This document shows, one piece after another, positions 49,698-59,835 of a DNA stretch of 64,000 nt; position 1 is the stretch's first letter; each line of letters opens with the position of its first letter. Under the pieces are notes generated by a model, which saw only the letters and a list, made by a program, of their open reading frames with translations, was not told where the DNA came from and did no database searches. The stretch comes from an uncultured delta proteobacterium. GTDB taxonomy: Bacteria; Desulfobacterota; Desulfomonilia; UBA1062. Where the stretch lies: assembly GCA_963798485.1 (NCBI GenBank), contig CAWCTR010000023.1:64001-128000 (forward strand), in the 5' to 3' direction. A program made the translations under genes and the position numbers.

Positions 49698-50984
49698 ATG
49701 AGAAACGCTAAAAGAATAGTGCCGGGTATGGTAATTGCCGCATTCATGGGCTTCTTTCTTCTTCAGCACACAGATACACTCAATGCAGAATCCACAAATA
49801 TATTCCCGGATCTCCAGAAGTTCACCGACTGTCTGGATCTTATCCAGAAGTATTACGTGGAGGAGGTAAAACCCTCTACCCTCATTGATGGTGCCATCAA
49901 GGGAATGGTCTCGGTCCTTGATCCGCATTCAGCATACCTTTCCAAGGAAGATTACAAGGAGATGCAGATCAGCACGACCGGGTCCTTCGGCGGACTTGGC
50001 ATCGAGATAGGGCTCCGTAACGGCCAGCTTACCATCATTACACCCATTGAGGGCACACCCGCCTTTACTTCCGGTATCCGCCCCGGTGACAGGATTATCA
50101 AGATCGACAGCACATTCACCAATGAAATGTCCATCGAAGATGCGGTTAAGCTTTTAAGAGGCCCCCAGGGATCGAAGGTGAAACTGACTATCCTGCGCGA
50201 GTCTCAGGAGAAACCAATTGAGGTGACCATCACCAGGGCTATCATTCATATCGACAGCGTGATTTCTCAGATGATCGAGCCAGGGTATGGATACATCAAG
50301 GTCAGGAATTTCCAGGTGGATACCTCAGAGGCCGTGCGAAAGGCGATGCAGAAGATGATACCGCTTAAGGGACTGGTCCTTGACCTCAGATACGACCCGG
50401 GCGGGCTCCTGGATCAGGCTATTGCGGTGAGCGACCTTTTTTTAAGCGAGGGGAAGATCGTTTATACCGATGGCCGTAAACCCGAAGACCGTACCGAGTA
50501 CATTGCCCACAAGGAGGGGACCTTTGAAGGGTTCCCCATCGTTGTGCTCATAAACGGCGGTACGGCCAGCGCTGCAGAGATCGTTTCCGGGGCGTTGCAG
50601 GATAACAAGCGTGCGGTTATCGTGGGTGTGAGGAGTTTTGGCAAGGCATCGGTTCAGACCATAAGGCCCTTGAGCGACGGGTCGGCCCTGAAACTTACCA
50701 TAGCACGGTACTATACGCCCCTGGGCAGATCAATCCAGGCGAAAGGCATCGAGCCCGATGTGGTTGTGGAGCAGAAGGCGCTTGTCAAGGAAGACGCCAA
50801 GGCGCAGACCTTTGTCCGGGAAAAGGACCTGAAATCGCATCTGGAACCGGAGGGAGAAGAGCCTGCAGAGACGACAGAGGGAACTTCCGGGCCTGTGAAT
50901 CTGGATAAAGACTATCAGCTCAAGTATGGGCTCGACATGCTTAAGACATGGGAGGTGTTCCACCGTATCAAGAAGGCGGCATGA
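49698..50984 (+). CDS. ctpA: Carboxyl-terminal processing protease, S41 family
   Basis: LDPHS, PDZ GLGIEI, DLRYDPGG, TASAAEI, FGKASVQ. Confidence 0.92.
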   Translation: MRNAKRIVPGMVIAAFMGFFLLQHTDTLNAESTNIFPDLQKFTDCLDLIQKYYVEEVKPSTLIDGAIKGMVSVLDPHSAYLSKEDYKEMQISTTGSFGGLGIEIGLRNGQLTIITPIEGTPAFTSGIRPGDRIIKIDSTFTNEMSIEDAVKLLRGPQGSKVKLTILRESQEKPIEVTITRAIIHIDSVISQMIEPGYGYIKVRNFQVDTSEAVRKAMQKMIPLKGLVLDLRYDPGGLLDQAIAVSDLFLSEGKIVYTDGRKPEDRTEYIAHKEGTFEGFPIVVLINGGTASAAEIVSGALQDNKRAVIVGVRSFGKASVQTIRPLSDGSALKLTIARYYTPLGRSIQAKGIEPDVVVEQKALVKEDAKAQTFVREKDLKSHLEPEGEEPAETTEGTSGPVNLDKDYQLKYGLDMLKTWEVFHRIKKAA

Positions 50985-51024
50985 GAAAGAAGAGCAGAAG
51001 GAATACGCTTAAAGGTTTAAGTTC

Positions 51025-51525
51025 ATGAAGCAGTGGTTCGTGGTGCAGACAAACCCGAAGGAAGAGAATCTTGCCTGTCTTGTCCTTTCCAAACAGAATA
51101 TTCCCCTCTATCAGCCGTTCATGGAGAAGTATGTATTTCATGCCCGGAAAAAGACCCTGAAACAATACCCGCTCTTTCCCAACTATGTCTTTGTGAACAT
51201 AGCGCCTACTGAAGAAGAGTTCCATAAGGTCCGCTGGAGCAGGGGCGTGCGCAGGATACTTATCGACAATTATCAGCCCATTCCCATCGAGGAGGAATTC
51301 ATAACCTCTCTGCAGATACTTCAGGATAAGGACTCCGGCATCATCAAGAAGCCTGTTGAGTTTGCGCCAGGAGACCTGGTGCGGATCAAGTCGGGTCCCA
51401 TGAAGGACCTATACGGGATCTTCGAGGAGTGGGGCTCCGATGAGGGCAGGGTAAAGATCCTGATCCAGATGGTCAACAACCGGGCAAAGGTGGTCATGCA
51501 CGCCTCCCTTATTGAAAAGGCGTAA
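51025..51525 (+). CDS. NusG-paralog antiterminator (RfaH/UpxY-like)
   Basis: WFVVQT.PKEE, PLFPNYVFV, RGV, KOW GDLVRIKSGP. Confidence 0.85.
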   Translation: MKQWFVVQTNPKEENLACLVLSKQNIPLYQPFMEKYVFHARKKTLKQYPLFPNYVFVNIAPTEEEFHKVRWSRGVRRILIDNYQPIPIEEEFITSLQILQDKDSGIIKKPVEFAPGDLVRIKSGPMKDLYGIFEEWGSDEGRVKILIQMVNNRAKVVMHASLIEKA

Positions 51526-51543
51526 TCTCAGAAGGAGCCATCT

Positions 51544-53178
51544 ATTCAGAAGATCTTCGGCAACGCCAAAACCTTAAAGGCCTCCGAGGCAAAGGCCATT
51601 GAGCGGCTTTACCGGAGGCGCATGCCGTCCAATGTGGTTGTTACCCATGAACTCTGCACAGAGCTGACCCGTATTTCTTACGATGCCGGAGTCCAGATCG
51701 GGCTGCTCATCAACAGGGTCGGCGCCATCGAATACGCCATAGCAGGAACTGCGGTCGGGATCACCATCCCCGCGCTGCAACGTATGAGGACTCACCCGGG
51801 AAGGCTTCAGGGCCTGAGGTTTATCCACACCCACTTCAAGGATGGCCGGCTCACCTTCGAGGATCTTACCGACCTTGCCAAGTTGCGTCTGGACATGATC
51901 TATGCTATTGAGGTAGGCAAGGACGGGCAGCCGGGGCCGGCTTATGGGGCGCACCTGGTTCCTGCGGGTGACTCCGATACCCTATGGAAACTCTTGGATC
52001 CGGTGCCCACCTACCTCATCGACATATCCTTCGACGCCTTCATTACCGAGTTGGAAAACGAGATCACCAGGAAACAGACCGCACTTGTTGCGGGCTCGCA
52101 TGAAGACCGGGCCATCTTGGTTGTGGTGGGCGCCGCAGGCGGCGAGGTCCTCAAGGACACCATTGCGGAATTCCAGGCCCTGGCTAAGGCGTCCGAGGTC
52201 ACGGTTATGGATACGGTGGTGCAGAGAAGGCCCAAGCCCGATCCTAGGTACGTGATCGGCAAGGGCAAGGTGGCGGACATCTATATCATGGCCCTGGCCA
52301 AGGACGCCAACCTCCTTATCTTCGACCATGAGCTTACGCCGTCACAGGCCCGTTCCATTGCAGAGATAGCGGACATGCGGGTTATTGACCGCACCCAGCT
52401 TATCCTCGACATCTTTGCCCGCAGGGCCCGGACCCGTGAAGGCAAGATCCAGGTGGAGCTTGCCCAGCTCAGGTATAACATGTCCCGGCTCGTCGGCAAG
52501 AACCCCTCGCTGAGCAGGCTTGCAGGGGGCATAGGCACCAGGGGGCCCGGAGAGGCCAAGCTGGAGGTCGACCGGCGCCGCGCCAAGGAACGCATGGAGC
52601 GCCTTGAAAAGGAGGCGCATCAGATCGGCCGCAAGCGCATGCTCACCAGGCTGCGCAGGGGCTCTCAGGCATTGCCGGTTATATCCATCATCGGCTATAC
52701 CAACACCGGCAAGTCAACCCTGCTCAACACCCTGACCAAGAGCAGCGTGCTCACGGCAGACATGCCCTTTGCCACGCTGGACCCCTCCAGCAAGCGTCTG
52801 AGATTCCCGAAAGACATCGAGGTGATCATCACCGATACGGTGGGATTTATCCGCGATCTCCCCAAAGACCTGAAGGCCGCCTTTGCCGCTACACTGGAAG
52901 AGTTGATGGACGCCGAGCTCCTGCTGGAGGTCATAGACCTCACCGACCCGCACATCGATTATAGGATCCAGGCTGTGGAAGAAATCCTGAAGGGATTGAA
53001 CCTCCAGGATAAACCGCGACTCAAGGTGTTCAACAAGGCTGATCAATGCAGTGCGGGACTGGCCGAGACATTGTCTGAGCGTTATCATGCAGTGGCCATC
53101 TCCGCGCTGGATAAAAAGACCCTCATCCCTCTCATTGAGCGGATGCAGAACTATTTTGTGCACAGAAAAGCATTCTGA
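51544..53178 (+). CDS. hflX: GTPase HflX (long N-terminal form), probable ATT start
   Basis: GYTNTGKS, FATLDP, DTVGFI, NKAD. The conserved-looking N-terminus QKIFGNAKTLKASE...ERLYRRR extends 26 codons upstream of the track's ATG (51622) to ATT 51544, behind SD AAGGAG. Confidence 0.92.
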   Translation: MQKIFGNAKTLKASEAKAIERLYRRRMPSNVVVTHELCTELTRISYDAGVQIGLLINRVGAIEYAIAGTAVGITIPALQRMRTHPGRLQGLRFIHTHFKDGRLTFEDLTDLAKLRLDMIYAIEVGKDGQPGPAYGAHLVPAGDSDTLWKLLDPVPTYLIDISFDAFITELENEITRKQTALVAGSHEDRAILVVVGAAGGEVLKDTIAEFQALAKASEVTVMDTVVQRRPKPDPRYVIGKGKVADIYIMALAKDANLLIFDHELTPSQARSIAEIADMRVIDRTQLILDIFARRARTREGKIQVELAQLRYNMSRLVGKNPSLSRLAGGIGTRGPGEAKLEVDRRRAKERMERLEKEAHQIGRKRMLTRLRRGSQALPVISIIGYTNTGKSTLLNTLTKSSVLTADMPFATLDPSSKRLRFPKDIEVIITDTVGFIRDLPKDLKAAFAATLEELMDAELLLEVIDLTDPHIDYRIQAVEEILKGLNLQDKPRLKVFNKADQCSAGLAETLSERYHAVAISALDKKTLIPLIERMQNYFVHRKAF

Positions 53179-56100
53179 TTACTGAGCTTTTTCCCCTATG
53201 AGCCGCAGCGCCTCGTCGATAAGCCGCCCGGGGAGCTTCAGCGACCTCAGAAGGGATGCCGCGACCGTGTTGGACAGGGTATTGACGGGCTCCAGCCTGA
53301 CCTTGGGTTCATCCATCGTTCCCTTAAGACCCATGCTCACCACGATCATCTTTCCCTTATCGCCGGTGAGCACCCAGCCAACGAGCGGGATCTTGCTGAT
53401 GGTCCAGTCCACACTCTCTAAAGGTTGGATGCCGATATGGGCATCGATCTTCTTGGTTTTTAAGGCATACTTCCCTACGGCAGAGATCTGAATGGAATTG
53501 CTCTCAAGCGCGAAATCATCGAAATCCACCACATTGTCCTTTATATTCATGGTCGAGGAGATGCGATTATAGGTGAAGTGATTGCTCAGGAAGTCGATGT
53601 CCCGATTCTGGATGATCTTATATACATTCAGCAAAGAGAAGATCTGCGAGACAAGCGTATATTTCCGGATCTCACCATCCCTGGCGGCAATGGTAAGCGT
53701 CCCGTTTAAAGAATCTGTCTGACCGAAGATGCGCCCGTGTAGGTCAAGGGTGCCATCGATAACGGATTTGATATGTGTTGCGCGCAACAGCTTGCGCATA
53801 TCGGCGCCTTGGATGGAGACCATCATGTCAAAGGTCGAGGAGCCGTCTACGCCAATATTCATAGCCCCCTTGGCGGTCCCTGAGACGGTCTCCAGCTCCA
53901 CGCCCGAAAGGCTCAAGATTCCGTCTTTCAGATCCGCCTGGGCGGTTGCGTTCTCAACAGGCAGGCCTAAGAATATGCAATCGACAAACTTCAGCGATGC
54001 CTCAGCTTGTAACCCTTCCAGCCCTTTCAGCGATGCGCCCCCATCTCCTGTGCCCAGGCCCTTTATAACAGCGCTTCCCTTGAAGTACGGCTTATTATCG
54101 TACTTGAGTTTCCCGCTTAACGTTACCGTAGTATCGCCTGAGGCGATCAGCAGGGCATCGGATGAGATGATAGGTGTGCTGATGGCAAGCGGGCCGTTTA
54201 TGGTGACGAGGCCGTCCTGATAGGGTAGCGTTGCATTGCTTAAGCCGAGGTTTCCTTGAACTGATGTGAGATCCCCCCAGGAGATTTGGAGAGAGCCATC
54301 CGCAATGCCCTTTAACGCCTGGACGCCCCGAGAATTTCTCGTTGATATGTCCTTGAGGTTCAGCTTGCCCGACAATGTTACAGAACCTGTGCCAGGCTTG
54401 ATGCCGGCAGTACCGGTCAGCGAGCCGGATGAAGTATGGATAACCATGTTGCTTACATCGATTGCAGTTTGTTTTTCAAACCCGGCCTTGAAGTCACCTT
54501 TTATGGAGGCACCCAGAGATGAAAAGGAATTGCCGCCGGTTGCATAAGCGATGCTTGAGGTATTCAATTCAAAGGAGCCTTTGAGGCTCTCTGCCTTCCC
54601 CGACCCTGTGAGCTTGAGGGTGGAGTTTTCCAAGGCGATCTTCCCCATGGGCGGCAGGTGGTCGGCAATCAGTGTATAACGAGAGAGATTCTCCCCGAAA
54701 GGCGCAACCAGACTTACATCAAGCCTCTTGATATGGGTATTATCGAATGAACCGCTTAAGATGATGCGTTGTGGTGTGGAGAAGCTGTCTGCATGGATAG
54801 AGCCTGATTGATCGGCAATGGTATGCGTCCCCCAGTTGTACGTGCACCCGGTAAGACGGATATCCCCCTTGCTCTTGAAGGGATTTTTGACGGATTCATC
54901 GTAATAGGTGCTTACCAGGGCCTTTATCTGACCGCTTTTTACCTTGGTAACCGGGTTTAAGATCTTGTAGATTCCTTGTGGCACCATTGCGGCACGCCAC
55001 GCGCGGATGAAATCGGATGCAGGCATATCCAGGTCTACATCCACTCCTATATGCCAGAATGGCTTCACCACCTTTGAGAACACGATATCCACCCTCTTCA
55101 GGCTTGATCCGCCCACGACCCCGGAGATGTTGGTGAGCCTTATATCACCCTTCCCATAGATTACCCGGCCCTGTATGCCGGTTATTCTCTCAGGGGCATA
55201 AAGGGTGCTGAAACTCTGGGAGTTAAGGTCCTGGACCACATAGAGGTCTTGCATGAGGTTTTCCCCGGACAGGAAGTCCTTGATACGGCCGTTGTACCTT
55301 GCCATGGAAAACCGGGACCGGCCGCCCCTGATTTGTTTTGTAAGCAGGGTCTTGAGCCAATCGGGGAACATCTGAACCGGAAGCGCATCAACCACTTTAT
55401 CGTAGTCGAAATCCTTGGAAACAGCCTCCACGTTGAGCACTGCGTCCTTCCATGTTTCCATATCCTTTAACCCGATAACCTCTCCCTTACCAGATATCGT
55501 TATGACCGGGGTCTTGATTGAGATGTCCGTGAAGTTCATGTGCCTTACATCACCGGATAAGGCGGCTGTGACTATGAGCTTGCTCATGGTGCCGCGCAGG
55601 CAGGGGAGGGCCAGGTCTTTTGCCTGGAATGAAAACGAGCCGGTCTTTGTGTCTTTAGTATCTTCTATGGTGAAACTCATGTGAGCAATACCCTTGAAAC
55701 CGGCATCAATCCGGTCAAGGGGGATACCATAGGCATCAAAGGTCACCTTCCCGGGCTCGACCAGGTCGGCCTGGAGGAGCACCCTGCCGCCAAGGGTGCG
55801 GGCCCTGAGGTTGACCCAATCCTTAGTGATGCGGCCGCTCAGATCGGTCAGAGGAAAATCCATGCCCTGGTAGGTAAACTTTACCGAGCCCTTCCACAGG
55901 ATTACTACAGGGCGGTTGCCGGAGGCCTGATGGAGCTTGAGCCGCCTCAGTCCCTCAACATCGACCTCACCCTCAGGCTCCACAAGCCTGAGCTTGTTGA
56001 CGTTTATATCTCCGAAGATGAGTCTCCAGATCGTGAGATATGCGGTGATGCTTTTCACGCGCAGCGTGAGGGCCCCGGGGGAGTCAATAGTGACATTGGT

Positions 56101-56310
56101 GAGGATGACACGCGGGCCCTGTTTCCATTCGACACGTGCCCTGGCAATGGAAATGGGCAAGGGAAAGTGCTCTCGCAGCTGATTTTGCACTGCCGATGTC
56201 ACCGCCTCCGGGGATCTGGCGGCAAGACGGGTAAAGAAAACAGCAGCACCCACCATCACAACAATGACCACGAGCACTGCAACTGCAATGATCTTTAAGG
56301 ATCTCTTCAT
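53179..56310 (-). CDS. AsmA-like / YhdP-family envelope-spanning protein
   Basis: N-terminal anchor, long beta-rich body, C-terminal AsmA_2-like segment (IPLVGWVLTG...GTMDEPKV). Confidence 0.78.
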   Translation of the reverse strand: MKRSLKIIAVAVLVVIVVMVGAAVFFTRLAARSPEAVTSAVQNQLREHFPLPISIARARVEWKQGPRVILTNVTIDSPGALTLRVKSITAYLTIWRLIFGDINVNKLRLVEPEGEVDVEGLRRLKLHQASGNRPVVILWKGSVKFTYQGMDFPLTDLSGRITKDWVNLRARTLGGRVLLQADLVEPGKVTFDAYGIPLDRIDAGFKGIAHMSFTIEDTKDTKTGSFSFQAKDLALPCLRGTMSKLIVTAALSGDVRHMNFTDISIKTPVITISGKGEVIGLKDMETWKDAVLNVEAVSKDFDYDKVVDALPVQMFPDWLKTLLTKQIRGGRSRFSMARYNGRIKDFLSGENLMQDLYVVQDLNSQSFSTLYAPERITGIQGRVIYGKGDIRLTNISGVVGGSSLKRVDIVFSKVVKPFWHIGVDVDLDMPASDFIRAWRAAMVPQGIYKILNPVTKVKSGQIKALVSTYYDESVKNPFKSKGDIRLTGCTYNWGTHTIADQSGSIHADSFSTPQRIILSGSFDNTHIKRLDVSLVAPFGENLSRYTLIADHLPPMGKIALENSTLKLTGSGKAESLKGSFELNTSSIAYATGGNSFSSLGASIKGDFKAGFEKQTAIDVSNMVIHTSSGSLTGTAGIKPGTGSVTLSGKLNLKDISTRNSRGVQALKGIADGSLQISWGDLTSVQGNLGLSNATLPYQDGLVTINGPLAISTPIISSDALLIASGDTTVTLSGKLKYDNKPYFKGSAVIKGLGTGDGGASLKGLEGLQAEASLKFVDCIFLGLPVENATAQADLKDGILSLSGVELETVSGTAKGAMNIGVDGSSTFDMMVSIQGADMRKLLRATHIKSVIDGTLDLHGRIFGQTDSLNGTLTIAARDGEIRKYTLVSQIFSLLNVYKIIQNRDIDFLSNHFTYNRISSTMNIKDNVVDFDDFALESNSIQISAVGKYALKTKKIDAHIGIQPLESVDWTISKIPLVGWVLTGDKGKMIVVSMGLKGTMDEPKVRLEPVNTLSNTVAASLLRSLKLPGRLIDEALRLIGEKAQ

Positions 56311-56403
56311 AGCATTCCCTTATCCATTAGAACAGAGAACATTAAAATTGCAAGTATTTGTGCTCATTTTCCCTAAACATAAGATTTTGTTCTTTCGGGC
56401 TCC

Positions 56404-56432
56404 TTGACGGATTCTTGTTAAACTGATACACT
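56404..56432 (+). promoter_or_regulatory. sigma70 promoter of serS, predicted leaderless
   Basis: TTGACG-N17-TACACT (with extended TG)-N6-ATG; no SD. Confidence 0.7.
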
Positions 56433-56438
56433 GTGTGC

Positions 56439-57710
56439 ATGTTAGATCCTAAATATATCAGACAAAACATAGAGTTAGTAAAGACGGCCTTGAAGAACAG
56501 GGGTGCTTCACTTGGGCTCGATCCCCTGATGGGAAAGGATAACGAACGCAGGGCCCTCATCGGCAAGGCCGAGGAGCTCAAGGCCGCCCGCAACCAGTTC
56601 ACCCAGAAGATCTCGCGCGCCAAGGGGCAAGGCGGCGACATGGAGCAGGAGAAGGCCGAGATGCGTAGGATCTCCGATGAGATCAAGTCTCTCGATACGC
56701 AGATCAGGGAGGTAGAGGCCGCCATGGAGCTGTTCGCCATGGAGATCCCCAATATCCCCCACGCAAGCGTGCCCATCGGCTCAGGCTCGGACGATAATCA
56801 GCTCGTCCGCAGCTGGGGCGAGAAGCCTCAGTTTGATTTCGCCCCAAAGGATCACTGGGATGTGGGTGAGAGCCTGGGCATTCTCGACTTCAAGAGGGCT
56901 GCCAAGATTACCGGGGCCAGGTTTACGGTGAGCTGGGGGCTTGGCTCGCGCCTCGAACGTTCGCTGATAAATTTCATGCTCGACGTGCATACGAAGGAGC
57001 ATGGCTGCACAGAGGTCTGGACACCGTTCATGACGAACAAGGACAGCATGACCGCAACCGGCCAGCTCCCGAAATTCGAAGAGGAGCTGTTCCGGACCGA
57101 TGATTACTATCTCGTTCCGACCGCAGAGGTGCCTGTCACCAATCTCTACCGGGATGAGACCCTGGCCGAGGAGGCCCTTCCCATAAAGCTCGTGGCATAT
57201 ACCCCCTGTTTCAGAAGGGAGGCAGGATCTTACGGAAAAGACACCCGCGGGCTCATCCGGCAGCACCAGTTCAACAAGGTGGAGCTGGTGAGGTTCGCCC
57301 ACCCTGACCGCTCCTTCACTGATCTCGAAGAGCTTACCTCAGAGGCTGAAGAAATCCTCAAGAAGCTCGGACTCCACTATCGGGTGGTCGTGCTCTGCAC
57401 GGGTGACCTCGGTTTCTCCTCGGCAAAGACGTATGATATCGAGGTGTGGATGCCGGCACAGGGCGTGTACCGTGAGATATCTTCGTGCAGCAATTTTGTC
57501 GACTTCCAGTCGCGCAGGGGCCGGATCCGCTTCAAGTCGAAGCAGGGCAAGAAGTCCGAACTCTGCCATACGCTCAATGGGAGCGGCCTGGCTGTGGGAA
57601 GGACCGTTGCCGCCATTCTGGAGAATTATCAGCTCAAAGATGGAACAGTCAGGGTCCCCGAAGCGCTCAAACCCTATATGGGAGTTGACCTCATAGCGTC
57701 CATCGGTTAA
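56439..57710 (+). CDS. serS: Serine--tRNA ligase
   Basis: [56 protein letters not shown]. Confidence 0.98.
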   Translation: MLDPKYIRQNIELVKTALKNRGASLGLDPLMGKDNERRALIGKAEELKAARNQFTQKISRAKGQGGDMEQEKAEMRRISDEIKSLDTQIREVEAAMELFAMEIPNIPHASVPIGSGSDDNQLVRSWGEKPQFDFAPKDHWDVGESLGILDFKRAAKITGARFTVSWGLGSRLERSLINFMLDVHTKEHGCTEVWTPFMTNKDSMTATGQLPKFEEELFRTDDYYLVPTAEVPVTNLYRDETLAEEALPIKLVAYTPCFRREAGSYGKDTRGLIRQHQFNKVELVRFAHPDRSFTDLEELTSEAEEILKKLGLHYRVVVLCTGDLGFSSAKTYDIEVWMPAQGVYREISSCSNFVDFQSRRGRIRFKSKQGKKSELCHTLNGSGLAVGRTVAAILENYQLKDGTVRVPEALKPYMGVDLIASIG

Positions 57711-57724
57711 AGGTAAATCCGTGC

Positions 57725-57812
57725 GGAGGGATGGCCGAGTGGTTGAAGGCGGCGGTCTTGAAAACCGTTGTGCCGCAAGGTACCGCGGGTTCGAATCCTG
57801 CTCCCTCCGCCA
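57725..57812 (+). tRNA. tRNA-Ser (anticodon TGA)
   Basis: GGAGGGA/TCCCTCC acceptor stem, GCGGT-CTTGAAA-ACCGT anticodon arm, long variable arm, GGTTCGAATCC, encoded GCCA end. Confidence 0.97.
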
Positions 57813-57933
57813 TTTTTCTTTTTAATGTGGTTCTTTCCTCCAATTGTTTTCACCACGAAGAGCACGAAGAAAATCATAGGACAAAATGCTTAACGTCCGT
57901 CCGGAGCACCTTCACGTTGAAGTTGATCATCCG

Positions 57934-57963
57934 GTAGGTTGGGTCGAACTAGTGAAACCCAAC
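57934..57963 (+). repeat. GTAG-type REP element
   Basis: GTAG + GTTGGGT...ACCCAAC palindrome; single copy in this window. Confidence 0.6.
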
Positions 57964-58010
57964 AACAAGACTGGAATTTAATCGACTCCAACCCGATGTA
58001 TTGACCTTTT

Positions 58011-58334
58011 TCACCTCTTTGCCTGAGCAATTTTCTTCATGGCTGTGTATTCATGAACGTGTGAAAGCTTGCGACCAAGGCCTAGCGCGGCTGTTTTAAG
58101 GTCGTAATCCGCTTGTAGGTTCAGCCAATATTGCGGGGTTTGGCCAAAGGCCTTGCCAAACAATAAGGCCATTTCAGCCGTTACAGGCCGCTTGCCATTG
58201 ACGACATGGGATATCCGCATGGTGGAAAGCCCTACAATACGGGCAAACGCCGCCTGGGAAAGGCCTGATTCGTCCAGGATCTCTCTAAGAAATCCACCCG
58301 GATGTACCGGGGGCAAACCGTTCAGTGTACCCAT
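58011..58334 (-). CDS. higA: HigA-family antitoxin
   Basis: PPVHPG, HTH, NGKRPVTAEMAL, TPQYWLNLQ. Confidence 0.92.
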   Translation of the reverse strand: MGTLNGLPPVHPGGFLREILDESGLSQAAFARIVGLSTMRISHVVNGKRPVTAEMALLFGKAFGQTPQYWLNLQADYDLKTAALGLGRKLSHVHEYTAMKKIAQAKR

Positions 58335-58346
58335 ATCTTCATCTCC

Positions 58347-58412
58347 CTAGTGGTAATCGATGATCTCTACGCTGTAAGCGTCGTGGTTTTCCCAAATAAA
58401 ACAAATACGCCA
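58347..58412 (-). pseudogene. higB: HigB toxin C-terminal remnant
   Basis: Hand translation WRICFIWENHDAYSVEIIDYH*, the HigB C-terminus, immediately upstream of higA; the N-terminal ~3/4 is absent. Confidence 0.85.
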
Positions 58413-58489
58413 TAGAGAATAATAGGGACGTCCATAAATACATAAACATCCCCACCTTTTTTCTAATCAAAATAGAGTTTTGCTTTTTC

Positions 58490-59431
58490 CTATTTAATCT
58501 TCCTATGGACACCATCATGACAAACCGTACATAATGTCATCAAATTCTCTTCCTCGTTATTACCTCCATGCACATGATGCTTCACATGGTGCAATTCCAA
58601 ATGGCGAGGGTCAGAGGGATTCCACTCCTTATGAGACCAACCGCATTCCTTGCATGTATATCCATCCCTTCTAAGCACCGCCCTCCTCACCTCGTCAGGG
58701 ATGTCTCTGTCATGCTCCGGGCTTTGGCGATCGGCCTGCAGTACGTAAACCCCCATAGGCAGCTCCGGATTACCCGTGGTCTTGGTGGCAACCGGCCAGC
58801 CGAATTCGGTCCTGAGTTCCCTCACTCGCCTTGCCCATTCAGTTTTATCACCGGCCACATAGCGGAGCTCTTCTCCGGTGACCTGTCTGCCAACATTCTC
58901 CCTCAGGAACTTCAGAATCTTATCACGAACAGAGATCTTTTCCTTTCGAATCGTATTGGCGGTAAACCACCTATGGGCCGCATCACGATCTTTATCTTCA
59001 GTGAGAAGGACGTACTCGTTCGGCTTCATGGCAGCAGTCTCATCCGAAACGTCCGTTTCTCCTGCTTCCCTCATTTCTTTCATGGTCACACCTGTAGCGA
59101 TGGCCCAGCCGAATTGTACCCTCAACTCGCGGACCCTTCGCGCATATTCCTGGATACCGGAGACTACGAGCAACTCATCGCCGTGGATCACGGTTCTCGG
59201 GTAACTTAGAAAATAATGAAGGATACGATCCCGTGCGGAGGCCTTGTACTGACCGGGGATTAATGACTTGCCGAGATCCCGCAGGCTCTTGAAGATTGGG
59301 ATCATGGCCAGTACCTTTCCGCGCAATTCGCCGGTTCGAAGCTCGACCTTGAAATTCTTGATAAGGCCTTCGGCCTTTTTCCTGAGCTTCTCCGGATCTT
59401 TGATTTCGGGTTTAACTTTATTTATCTTCAT
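58490..59431 (-). CDS. HNH endonuclease, probable type II restriction enzyme
   Basis: CKEC...LELHH...GGN..NLMTLCTVCH; duplicated ARRVRELR..FGW module; adjacent to vsr and a C5 MTase. Confidence 0.82.
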   Translation of the reverse strand: MKINKVKPEIKDPEKLRKKAEGLIKNFKVELRTGELRGKVLAMIPIFKSLRDLGKSLIPGQYKASARDRILHYFLSYPRTVIHGDELLVVSGIQEYARRVRELRVQFGWAIATGVTMKEMREAGETDVSDETAAMKPNEYVLLTEDKDRDAAHRWFTANTIRKEKISVRDKILKFLRENVGRQVTGEELRYVAGDKTEWARRVRELRTEFGWPVATKTTGNPELPMGVYVLQADRQSPEHDRDIPDEVRRAVLRRDGYTCKECGWSHKEWNPSDPRHLELHHVKHHVHGGNNEEENLMTLCTVCHDGVHRKIK

Positions 59432-59834
59432 GTAAAAATCTCTCCAGCTTGACTAATACCTTGTCGGGTTTTTTCAGCTCGCACTCCCAAAGCACCAGAA
59501 ACTTCCATCCCAATGTTCGCAGATCCCTCCGAAACCGCTTGTCCCTTTCTATGTTCAGATCGAGCTTCCGGTTCCAAAATTCCTCGTTCGTGGAAGGGCG
59601 CTTCGACCGGGGACACCCTCTATGACCATGCCAAAAACAACCATGAACGAACACGACCTTTCTATGCCGTGGCAACACGATATCCGGTTTTCCCGGAAGA
59701 CCGCGCCCATCGATCCTGAAGCGGAACCCCATTTTATGTATGTATGACCGAACCAACACCTCGGGCTTCGTATTGAGGCCCTTGATTCGGCTCATGATCA
59801 GACTTCTCTTCTCCTTTGAAAAGACGTCGGCCAT
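59418..59834 (-). CDS. vsr: Very short patch repair endonuclease
   Basis: RSLIMSRIK..NTKPE, LPGKPD, FVHGCFWHGH, LWECE. Confidence 0.95.
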   Translation of the reverse strand: MADVFSKEKRSLIMSRIKGLNTKPEVLVRSYIHKMGFRFRIDGRGLPGKPDIVLPRHRKVVFVHGCFWHGHRGCPRSKRPSTNEEFWNRKLDLNIERDKRFRRDLRTLGWKFLVLWECELKKPDKVLVKLERFLHEDK

Positions 59835-59835
59835 G

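Noticed and set aside
51523-51525. NusG-paralog/HflX readthrough fusion (same frame)
   Set aside because: TAA stop followed by a dedicated SD; independent initiation is simpler.
57731-57937. 68-aa ORF after serS
   Set aside because: It overlaps tRNA-Ser; spurious.
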